This document shows positions 8,780-17,172 of a DNA stretch of 64,000 bases, piece after piece. A program made the translations under genes and the position numbers. A model generated the notes under the pieces. It did not search any database. It saw nothing but the letters and a program-made list of their open reading frames with translations, and was not told where the DNA came from. This DNA comes from an uncultured Olegusella sp. (GTDB lineage: Bacteria > Actinomycetota > Coriobacteriia > Coriobacteriales > Atopobiaceae), in assembly GCF_947253395.1 (NCBI RefSeq), contig NZ_CAMXYY010000002.1, forward strand, positions 2,131 through 66,130. The letters run 5' to 3'. How positions within the stretch are numbered: the stretch's first letter is position 1; every line of letters begins with the position of its first letter.

Positions 8780-10069
8780 TTATTCTGTTGTTTGGGTTTT
8801 TAGGAAGTCAGAAATAGCGTGCGCATCACCTGCAGGAGAACCAGTGCACGCAACAATGATATCTGCCCAGCTACGATAGAGATTCATGCGTTCGGCTGCA
8901 AGCTGGACGAGCCCTTTGGACTGTGAGAGGGGTCTGCCCCTAGTGGAAAGCTGTTCAATAGGGCGATCTAGCATCACGATAAGTCCATTTTGGTGAAGCA
9001 AATCGTAGTTTTCTTTGCGTACAACTACACCGCCACCACAGGAGATAACAAGACCTGACCTACTTGCATAGTCTGCAAGAATTTGAGATTCAGCGTCACG
9101 AAAAGCAGCTTCGCCATGTGCGCTGATAAAGCCTGCAGCGGTGCTGTCTTCTTTTATTTCAAAAGCTGCATCAAGGTCAATAAAAGGACGATGCAATTTG
9201 CGTGCTAAAAGGGCGCCCGTACTCGTCTTGCCAACTCCTGGCATTCCGATTAAACAGATATTGGTCATAGAACTGCGCAACTCACGCTCAATCATTTCAA
9301 TCGTTTTCTGTGAATGGGTAGTGCTCAAGAAAAGCTCAGATGAAAGAGCTGCCTGAGCAACAAGCATGGCAAGTCCAGACTCAAAAGGAATGCCAAGACG
9401 TTCTGCTTGTAAACAAAGGCCCGTGCGTGCGGGGTTGTAGACGATATCAATGACTCCTCGCAGATGACTGAGCCTTGCTAGTGTTGTATTGCTCAGGGGG
9501 CTTGCAGGACAGTTGGGATACATACCCACAGGCGTTGTATTGATGAGAAGCTCAGCATCTGCATGGCGTGTGTCAAGTGTGTCATAGCTATCGTCACTAT
9601 GACGGGAGATGACACTGACAGAGGCTTCCAATTCCTTAAGAGCGGCTTGCACTGCTTGACTTGCGCCACCAGACCCCAAAACGACAACAGGCAAATCAGA
9701 AAGTAGCTGAACTCCATTTGTACCCCAGTGATGTTTACAAAAGCGTTTGAGCATCCAAGCAAAGCCGCCCACATCGCTATTATCGGCAAAAATGCTGCCA
9801 TCACGGCGTTTGATCAAGGTGTTGGCAGTACCTATGCGTTGCGCACGTTCACTTACCTCGTCAGCCAGTGCAAAAGCATTGACCTTGTAAGGAATGGTGA
9901 CATTGAGCCCCTGCCATGTACCATGGCGAATAAAGTCTTTAAGCTCTTCTGGCTCACGTTCGAAAAGCGCATAGGGAGCCGAGCCTAGCATCTTGTGGAT
10001 GCGAGGTGACCAGCTATGGCCAAGTTTGCGACCAAGGAGGCCAAAGCGAGAGTCAGGGGCTTCAGCCAT
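8780..10069 (-). CDS. Bifunctional shikimate dehydrogenase / shikimate kinase (AroE-AroK fusion)
   Basis: HSWSP, GLNVTIPYK, NSD, GSGGA and DIVYNP (AroE), then GMPGVGKTS P-loop, FRDAE and GGG (AroK). Confidence 0.92.
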   Translation of the reverse strand: MAEAPDSRFGLLGRKLGHSWSPRIHKMLGSAPYALFEREPEELKDFIRHGTWQGLNVTIPYKVNAFALADEVSERAQRIGTANTLIKRRDGSIFADNSDVGGFAWMLKRFCKHHWGTNGVQLLSDLPVVVLGSGGASQAVQAALKELEASVSVISRHSDDSYDTLDTRHADAELLINTTPVGMYPNCPASPLSNTTLARLSHLRGVIDIVYNPARTGLCLQAERLGIPFESGLAMLVAQAALSSELFLSTTHSQKTIEMIERELRSSMTNICLIGMPGVGKTSTGALLARKLHRPFIDLDAAFEIKEDSTAAGFISAHGEAAFRDAESQILADYASRSGLVISCGGGVVVRKENYDLLHQNGLIVMLDRPIEQLSTRGRPLSQSKGLVQLAAERMNLYRSWADIIVACTGSPAGDAHAISDFLKTQTTE

Positions 10070-11220
10070 TAGATGACCTCACGGTAACTTCCGAGATAGC
10101 GCATGTCTTCGCAGACATTGCCGAGGGTTGACATGAGCTGTGTAAATTCAGGAGCTACGACGGGACAATCCACATCAAAATAAAACATGAACTCAAAGTC
10201 CTTGCCTAGAATAGGCCGACTCTCAAGTTTAATGATATTGATATCGAGGGCATAAAACTTAGCAAGCACTTTGAAAAGAGCCCCAGGTTCATTGCCAACG
10301 ACAAGCATCAAAGAACTGCGGTCTGCACCAGGATAGACAGTGAGTTTTTTTGTGATACAAGCAAAGCGGGTGTAGTTATCATCGCGATCCTGCACTGCTT
10401 GCGCAAGGGGAACTAAGCCATAAAGTTCTGCGCACGCACGTGATGCAAGGGCAGCAACATCACTACGTTCAGAATTGGCAACCAGTTTGGAGGCAGCAGC
10501 GGTATTCTCAACCACATGTACCTGTGCGTGAGGCAGTGATTGCAAAAAGCTCATACTCTGAGCAACTGCTTGCTCATGGCTATAAATTTCGCGAATATCC
10601 TCAAGTTTCGTGCCTGGTTTGGCAAGAAGATTGTGATCAACCTTAAGGCGGCAGGTGCGTACAATATGGAAGTCATACTGCATCATGAGGTCGTAGACCT
10701 CATTTACCGATCCTGCGCTGCTATTTTCAATGGGCAGCACACCATAGTCGGAAAATCCCTGGTCAACCGCACGAAAAACACCATCAAAGGTATCGAAGTA
10801 GCTAATGTTGGCATGCTTGAACAGACAATCAGTTGCAATTTGTGAATAAGCTCCCTCAACGCCTTGGCAGGCAACAAAGGCATCACGAGGGAAAAGCTCA
10901 GGAGACTCTTTGAGAGCTTCGTTAATGTTTGCAACTACCTGATTGCTGTGACCCAAAGCACTCGTTTGACGTGAGCGAGAAGCTTCCATAAGCAAAGACA
11001 TCAGTACTTGGACATAGGCCTGCTGGTCCTTAGGCACCTTGGCTGCGGCATTGACAAGTATTTGATGCTCGCGATCGCGGTTAAAAACGGGAAGCTTGTG
11101 TTCAGCTTTATAAGCTGCGACCTTATGAGCAACATCCATGCGCTCTTTGAAGAGCTCAAGAATGTCGTCATCGATACGGTCAATATGCTTACGTAGTTCT
11201 GAAATATCTGCCATGGTCAT
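10069..11220 (-). CDS. pheA: Chorismate mutase / prephenate dehydratase
   Basis: LRKHIDRID mutase domain; GVEGAYS, PIENS and NYTRF; ACT domain with KLESRP. Confidence 0.93.
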   Translation of the reverse strand: MTMADISELRKHIDRIDDDILELFKERMDVAHKVAAYKAEHKLPVFNRDREHQILVNAAAKVPKDQQAYVQVLMSLLMEASRSRQTSALGHSNQVVANINEALKESPELFPRDAFVACQGVEGAYSQIATDCLFKHANISYFDTFDGVFRAVDQGFSDYGVLPIENSSAGSVNEVYDLMMQYDFHIVRTCRLKVDHNLLAKPGTKLEDIREIYSHEQAVAQSMSFLQSLPHAQVHVVENTAAASKLVANSERSDVAALASRACAELYGLVPLAQAVQDRDDNYTRFACITKKLTVYPGADRSSLMLVVGNEPGALFKVLAKFYALDINIIKLESRPILGKDFEFMFYFDVDCPVVAPEFTQLMSTLGNVCEDMRYLGSYREVI

Positions 11221-11261
11221 TCCGCTTTCTTAAAGTAGAGGTTATTTGTTCCTTTTGTAGT

Positions 11262-12398
11262 TTAAAGGTAATGCTCATCATCTGCGCCGCAGGGAGGCCA
11301 GGCAAGCCAAGAATCCAAGATAGCAAGGGCACATGCAGACTCTGCTACAGGTACAGCGCGTGGGGCTATGCAGGGGTCGTGTCTACCCTGTACACGAAGA
11401 ACAGTCTCTTCATTGCGTATGAGATCAACTGAGCGTTGTTCCTGCGCGATTGAAGATGTGGGTTTGACTGCCATGCGCCACAAGAGGGGAGCGCCACTTG
11501 TAACGCCTCCCAGATTTCCGCCTGCATCGTTTTTGGCAGGATATACCTTGCCATCAATAATGACATAGGGGTCATTGTGCTCGCTGCCAAGCATTCTTGC
11601 GGCGGCAAAGCCCGCGCCAAATTCCAGACCCTTTACTGCGGGAATTCCAAAGACAATACGAGAGATGGTTGATTCAATTCCGTCAAACATGGGTGAGCCG
11701 ATGCCTGCAGGCAGTCCTGTGGCAACGCATTCCACAATACCACCGACAGAATCGCACGATTTTCTTGCCTTCTCAATATGGGCTTGCATCTCTTCTGCTG
11801 CCTGATCACTCAGTACGGGAAAGCTTCGGCCATCCTTTAAGCTGCGTATTTGTGCTGCGAGTGCCTCTGCATCAGCGTGAGATCCTCGGGCAAAAAATGC
11901 CTCATCGGCTATACCTGCACATTCGCTGAGGTGGGCAGCGATGCAGACGTCACGCTCAGACAAAAGTTGCATGGCAATACCACCTGCTGCACAAAGTGGT
12001 GCGGTGAGGCGACCTGAGAAGTGTCCTCCGCCTGAGACATCCTGTGCACCATGCCATTTTTGTTGAGCTGTCCAATCGGCATGACCAGGGCGAGGCACGC
12101 GCTTAAGCTCTTCATAATCTCCAGGACGTGTATTGGTGTTTTGAATAACAAGTGCCAGCGGTGCTCCCGAGGTAGTACCGCTCTGGTTAAGGCCAGACAG
12201 AATAGACACGGCATCCGCCTCTTTGCGCGGCGTTGACCAGCGCGCATGACCAGGTGCGCGGCGCATCATATGCTGCTCAAGTGCTTCTCGATTGATATGG
12301 TGCCCCGAAGGGAGGCCTTCGATGACGCAGCCAATAGCAGGGGAATGAGACTGACCAAATATGGTGACACGCAAGGCGCTGCCAAAACTAGAGGGCAT
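11262..12398 (-). CDS. aroC: Chorismate synthase
   Basis: FGQSH, PRPGHAD, GGGHFSGRLT, KPTSS and GRHDPC motifs; start placed at the ATG after RBS AGGAGG. Confidence 0.95.
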   Translation of the reverse strand: MPSSFGSALRVTIFGQSHSPAIGCVIEGLPSGHHINREALEQHMMRRAPGHARWSTPRKEADAVSILSGLNQSGTTSGAPLALVIQNTNTRPGDYEELKRVPRPGHADWTAQQKWHGAQDVSGGGHFSGRLTAPLCAAGGIAMQLLSERDVCIAAHLSECAGIADEAFFARGSHADAEALAAQIRSLKDGRSFPVLSDQAAEEMQAHIEKARKSCDSVGGIVECVATGLPAGIGSPMFDGIESTISRIVFGIPAVKGLEFGAGFAAARMLGSEHNDPYVIIDGKVYPAKNDAGGNLGGVTSGAPLLWRMAVKPTSSIAQEQRSVDLIRNEETVLRVQGRHDPCIAPRAVPVAESACALAILDSWLAWPPCGADDEHYL

Positions 12399-13710
12399 GT
12401 ATGGCCTCCTGAGCTTGTGCTTTGCCACCCAGTAGGGCAAAGTCTTTAAAAAACTGAGGATAGGATTTAGCAACACAGTCTGCCCGGTGGATAAGCGTAT
12501 CTCCGGTGCATTGGGTTGCCAAAATAGCTGCCATCATTGCAATACGATGATCTCCTGCAGCGTCTACAACTCCACCCGTAAGGGTTGAGCCTCCGCTAAT
12601 AAGTAAATCATCGGCTTCAATGCGCGCTCGTGCTCCGAGTGCTTGCAGTGTTGCACTGACGGTTTGCAGACGGTCTGATTCTTTGAGGCGTAGGCGACCT
12701 GCGTTGACAAGACGTGTGGTGCCCGCCGCACATGCGCCAAGCACCGCCAAAGGAGGTACAAGATCGGGGCAATTTGAAACATCCATATGAATGCCTTGTA
12801 GGGAAGCAGGAGCGACGCTTGCGGTGTGGTTGCCACGAATAACGGGCGCACCAAAAAGGGAAAGAGCTGCCAAAATAACGCGGTCTCCTTGAGCGCTGCT
12901 CAGGTTGAGTTGTTTGACTGAAATTGGCTTCTTACCGATAGCAGCTGCTACCAGCCAAAACGCAGCGTTAGACCAGTCACCTTCCACCTTGATTGTCTCA
13001 GGGGCCGCGAGCTGTGTTCCTGACCCGAAAACACGATAAGCGCGATAGCTACCGTCGGCGAGCTGTTTGTGTCCTGCTTCGTATTCCACTCCAAATAGGC
13101 TTAGTGCGTTTAGGGTTAAGCGAACGTAGGGCTCAGATTGGAAAGGTTCACTCACAAATATCTCTGTGGTGCCTTTGAGCAGGGAAGCAGCAAGTAAAAG
13201 CCCAGTCACATACTGTGAAGAAACATTGCCTGGTAAGGTATAGTTTCCAGCTTGGAGCTGTCCTGTCAGTTTGAGTGGCCAGCTACCAAACTCAGAAAGA
13301 TTACAACCGTGTGAGCAAAGTGCTGCGGTAAGTTGAGCGAGTGGACGTTTCGCTAAACGCCCTCTTCCCATAAAGCTTGCGTCTGCGCCAAGCGCTGCTG
13401 CTACGGGTAACATAAAACGCAGGGTAGAGCCGGACTCTCCGCAGTCGAGCTGTGCTTGGGTACGTGGCTCAAACCTTGATGTTTTTGGGATGGGGACTAC
13501 CCGAAATCCTGTTTTGGTAGAGGTGATACGGGCACCAAGTGCTCTGAGACAGGCAATAGTGGCATCAATATCCTGTGAACTGCTGCTGCAGTCGATATTG
13601 CAGTTCTTATTAGCAAATGCAGCCAAGATAAGCAGTCGATGAGCGACTGATTTGGAGGCAATAGAGTTAAGCTTGCCACCAAGACTTCCTGGGCTAATGA
13701 GCATATCCAC
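12388..13710 (-). CDS. aroA: EPSP synthase
   Basis: SKSVAHR, CGESGSTLR, VSSQY, RLKESDR, DHRIAM and KSYP motifs. Confidence 0.95.
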   Translation of the reverse strand: MDMLISPGSLGGKLNSIASKSVAHRLLILAAFANKNCNIDCSSSSQDIDATIACLRALGARITSTKTGFRVVPIPKTSRFEPRTQAQLDCGESGSTLRFMLPVAAALGADASFMGRGRLAKRPLAQLTAALCSHGCNLSEFGSWPLKLTGQLQAGNYTLPGNVSSQYVTGLLLAASLLKGTTEIFVSEPFQSEPYVRLTLNALSLFGVEYEAGHKQLADGSYRAYRVFGSGTQLAAPETIKVEGDWSNAAFWLVAAAIGKKPISVKQLNLSSAQGDRVILAALSLFGAPVIRGNHTASVAPASLQGIHMDVSNCPDLVPPLAVLGACAAGTTRLVNAGRLRLKESDRLQTVSATLQALGARARIEADDLLISGGSTLTGGVVDAAGDHRIAMMAAILATQCTGDTLIHRADCVAKSYPQFFKDFALLGGKAQAQEAIHAL

Positions 13711-13909
13711 GCAGGCACTCCGAAATCTCGTTTGGTTTCTTACATGGTTATTGTAAGGAGTGGATTATGGTAAAGAGTGGAAAATTCAAGAGATATAAAT
13801 ACGTCGCAGTAGTTACCAACTAGTCATTTGAAAATATTTATTTTTGTTGGGTTGTTACCATGTACTATGACTAAATATTTTGACTCGAAGACAAAGGAGG
13901 ATGGCCCCT

Positions 13910-15004
13910 ATGATTGCCATCGTTAAAAAAACAGCTACCCAAGAGCAGCTGGACCATTTTATTCAGTGGATTGAGGGCCGTGGATACAAGGCAAATGTCA
14001 GTCAGGGTCAAAATGAAACCATTGTCGGCATTATTGGCGATACCACACAAATTGATCCCTTTTTGCTTGAAAGTATGGACATTATTGAGCAGGTTCAACG
14101 TGTGTCTGAACCCTTCAAGAAGGCCAATCGTAAGTTTCATCCCAATGACACCATTGTTGATTGCGGTCGAGGTGTATTAATTGGTGGCGGTCATTTTCAA
14201 GTTATGGCTGGACCTTGTTCAGTTGAAGGCATGAACTTGATTGAGATTGCACGCGCAGTCAAAAAGGCTGGGGCTACGATATTGCGTGGAGGTGCATACA
14301 AGCCTCGCACGAGTCCTTATGCCTATCAAGGTATGGGTGAAGAAGGACTTGATCTGTTACTTGAGGCGGCGCAAGAAACCAATATGCCTATTGTTACTGA
14401 GGTTATGGATCCTCGCGATGTCCAACTTTTTGTGGACAAAAAAATAAATGTTATGCAGATTGGTGCTCGAAATGCGCAGAACTTCCCGTTGCTGCGTGAG
14501 GTGGGTAAAACCAACATCCCTATCCTGCTTAAGCGTGGAATTGCAGGTACGGTAGATGAGTTGCTGATGGCTGCAGAGTACATCATGAGTGAGGGAAACC
14601 AAAACGTTATCCTGTGTGAGCGTGGCATCCGCAGTTTTGAGACACGTACGCGTAATACCTTTGATGTAAATGCAATTCCTGTACTGCACAAACTGACTCA
14701 CTTACCTGTGGTAGGGGATCCCAGTCATGCAACAGGCTACACACGCTACGTAAGTCCTATTGCCTATGCGGCAACCGCTGCAGGTGCAGATGGTCTGGAA
14801 ATTGAGGTTCACAATCAGCCCTCGCTTGCGTGGTCTGATGGGGCACAAGCGCTCACTCCCGAGATGTTTGCTGAGGCTATGAAGCGCATCGCTTTGATTC
14901 GTCAGGCAATTACGGTAGATCTTGATTGCGAGGAGGCACGGCTACCTAGCTCAATGAATGCAAAAAATCTTGCTACTGAGAGGGAAGAGGATGCCAAAGT
15001 CTAG
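13910..15004 (+). CDS. aroF: DAHP synthase, type I-beta with N-terminal regulatory domain
   Basis: MAGPCSVE, GGAYKPRTSPY, QIGARN, LLKRG, ILCERG, DPSH and SDG motifs; RBS AGGAGG. Confidence 0.95.
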   Translation: MIAIVKKTATQEQLDHFIQWIEGRGYKANVSQGQNETIVGIIGDTTQIDPFLLESMDIIEQVQRVSEPFKKANRKFHPNDTIVDCGRGVLIGGGHFQVMAGPCSVEGMNLIEIARAVKKAGATILRGGAYKPRTSPYAYQGMGEEGLDLLLEAAQETNMPIVTEVMDPRDVQLFVDKKINVMQIGARNAQNFPLLREVGKTNIPILLKRGIAGTVDELLMAAEYIMSEGNQNVILCERGIRSFETRTRNTFDVNAIPVLHKLTHLPVVGDPSHATGYTRYVSPIAYAATAAGADGLEIEVHNQPSLAWSDGAQALTPEMFAEAMKRIALIRQAITVDLDCEEARLPSSMNAKNLATEREEDAKV

Positions 15005-15887
15005 CCGAGATGAATCAAACGCATCAAATGTTATTTCCGGTCGTGTTGGTATCGTTGGCCTTGGTCTGATGGGAGGCTCTTTTGCCAAAGCCCTCCATGA
15101 GGGCGGGCGCGAGGTTTTTGCTTGGAATCGCACACATTCAACTCTTGAGTTAGCAATGATTGATACGGTTGCAGGTGAACTTAACGATACGTCCATTCCC
15201 AGCTGTGAACTCTTGATTTTGGCGGGCTATCCTGCCTCGGCGATTGAGTGGCTAAAAGAGAAAGCTCCACTTATTTCAACGAGCACTATTGTGATTGATA
15301 CGGTGGGCGTTAAGCGTATGGTTTGCCAACGTTGCTTTCCGTTGGCAAAAAAATATGGTTTTGCTTTTGTGGGCTGTCACCCTATGGCGGGCACTCAGTA
15401 CTCTGGTTATGCACATTCACGCGCTTCCATGTTTCATGGTGCTCCCATGGTGGTGGTAGCTCCTGAGTATATGGATGATATTGAGCGTGTAGATATTTTG
15501 GAGCGACTCAAGCAACTGCTCGCGCCAGTAGGCTTTGGTAGATGGATGCTTGCTACTGCTGCCTATCATGATGAGATGATTGCTTATACGAGCCAGCTTG
15601 CACATGTGGTGTCTAATGCTTATGTCAAAAGTCCTGCTGCCCGCCATCACAAGGGTTTCTCGGCTGGTTCTTACCGTGATTTGACGCGTGTGGCACGTTT
15701 GAATCCAGGTATGTGGACAGAACTCTTTTTGGATAATGCAGATAATTTAAGTGCAGAACTAGAGACGTTGATTGGCAATTTGCAGCAGTACAAAGATGCA
15801 CTTGATAAGCATGATGAACAAAAACTCTTTGAGCTTTTAGCGGAAGGCGATCGTCTGAAGCGTAAAGCGGAGTCACGCTCTGCTTAG
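14991..15887 (+). CDS. tyrA: Prephenate dehydrogenase
   Basis: GLGLMGGS, HPMAG, HD...SQLAH and RDLTRVA motifs. Confidence 0.92.
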   Translation: MPKSSRDESNASNVISGRVGIVGLGLMGGSFAKALHEGGREVFAWNRTHSTLELAMIDTVAGELNDTSIPSCELLILAGYPASAIEWLKEKAPLISTSTIVIDTVGVKRMVCQRCFPLAKKYGFAFVGCHPMAGTQYSGYAHSRASMFHGAPMVVVAPEYMDDIERVDILERLKQLLAPVGFGRWMLATAAYHDEMIAYTSQLAHVVSNAYVKSPAARHHKGFSAGSYRDLTRVARLNPGMWTELFLDNADNLSAELETLIGNLQQYKDALDKHDEQKLFELLAEGDRLKRKAESRSA

Positions 15888-15899
15888 AGGAGAAAACTG

Positions 15900-16967
15900 A
15901 TGAAAAGCATTTCGGTAAACACCTCATCGCGTAGCTATAAAGTACAGGTTGGAAGTGGCATTTTAGATTCCTTGGGTTCTGTAGCGCGCAGGTGTGTTGG
16001 CGGACAAAAAGCCATGCTTGTTTCAGATAGCAATGTATACCCTTTGTATGGCACACAAGCACAAAGCGCGCTTAAGGCTGCCGCTTACGAAGTAAAAACT
16101 GCCATCATTCCTGCAGGTGAGCAATCCAAAAATATGACCGTCCTTTCAGGTCTGCTTGAACATCTTGCTGAAGCTGGTCTTACCCGAGATGATGTTGTGG
16201 TGGCGTTAGGCGGTGGAGTTATAGGCGATTTGGCTGGCTTTGCTGCTGCCTGTTATATGCGCGGTTGTGCGGTCGTGCAGGTACCCACTTCATTACTTGC
16301 TATGGTTGATTCCTCTGTTGGTGGTAAGACAGCCGTAGACCTTGCTGCAGGTAAAAATCTTGCGGGTGCATTTTGGCAACCATCCGCCGTGATTGCCGAT
16401 GTCAGCTGTCTATCGACTCTATCGCCTGAACTCTTCTCTGATTCTATTGGCGAGGTTATTAAGTACGGAGTGCTCTGTGACCCAAAGCTTTTTGCATCTC
16501 TTGAAGAAAGACCGCTTACGTTGGATGATCCTCAGCGCATCATTGAGCTGGTGAGTCGTTGTATTGAGATTAAACGTGATGTAGTAGATGCAGACGAATG
16601 TGAAGCAGGACTTCGCCAAACCCTTAATTTGGGTCACACGATAGGCCACGCTATTGAAGCAGAAAGCAAGTATCACTTGGGCCATGGTAGTTGCGTTGCT
16701 GCAGGCCTTTGCTGTATGGCCCGCGCCGATGCAGCTCTTGGACTCTGCGATATTGATACCAGTAAACGTATTAGCAGGCTTTGTGCCGCACATGGGCTAC
16801 CTACCACGACAGTGCTTGATTCGGATTGCCTCTATAGACGTTCATTGGCAGACAAAAAGCGTCATGGCAGCTACCTTAATCTCGTGCGTATATATGCTAT
16901 TGGTGAGGTTAGAGTCGAACGCGTGAGTCTTGAGAAATATCGTCAAATTCTGGATTTATGTCGCTAA
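15900..16967 (+). CDS. aroB: 3-dehydroquinate synthase
   Basis: GGGVIGD, PTSLLAMVDSSVGGKT, LNLGHTIGHAIE and DKK motifs. Confidence 0.96.
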   Translation: MKSISVNTSSRSYKVQVGSGILDSLGSVARRCVGGQKAMLVSDSNVYPLYGTQAQSALKAAAYEVKTAIIPAGEQSKNMTVLSGLLEHLAEAGLTRDDVVVALGGGVIGDLAGFAAACYMRGCAVVQVPTSLLAMVDSSVGGKTAVDLAAGKNLAGAFWQPSAVIADVSCLSTLSPELFSDSIGEVIKYGVLCDPKLFASLEERPLTLDDPQRIIELVSRCIEIKRDVVDADECEAGLRQTLNLGHTIGHAIEAESKYHLGHGSCVAAGLCCMARADAALGLCDIDTSKRISRLCAAHGLPTTTVLDSDCLYRRSLADKKRHGSYLNLVRIYAIGEVRVERVSLEKYRQILDLCR

Positions 16968-17028
16968 GGTCTTGATTTTTTGAAATAAAAGCCCGTAGAA
17001 GTTTATGCTCCTACGGACTCATTTTGCG

Positions 17029-17105
17029 TGGTGCCCTCTGTGGGATTCGAACCCGCGGCCTTCTGCTCCGGAGGCAGACGCTCTAATCCACTGAGCTAAG
17101 AGGGC
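17029..17105 (-). tRNA. tRNA-Arg(CCG)
   Basis: Reverse complement GCCCTCTTAGCTCAGTGGATTAGAGCGTCTGCCTCCGGAGCAGAAGGCCGCGGGTTCGAATCCCACAGAGGGCACCA folds as a cloverleaf; anticodon CCG; encoded CCA. Confidence 0.96.
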
Positions 17106-17172
17106 GAACGTTTGGCATTATAGTTAATCGACCTAGGATAGGGCAAGATGTACGGCTTCGAGAGGGGGAGCG

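Noticed and set aside
13867..13926. Tiny uORF MTKYF... upstream of aroF as a Phe/Tyr leader
   Set aside because: Its ATG overlaps the likely -10 box, it lacks an SD sequence and no terminator hairpin follows.
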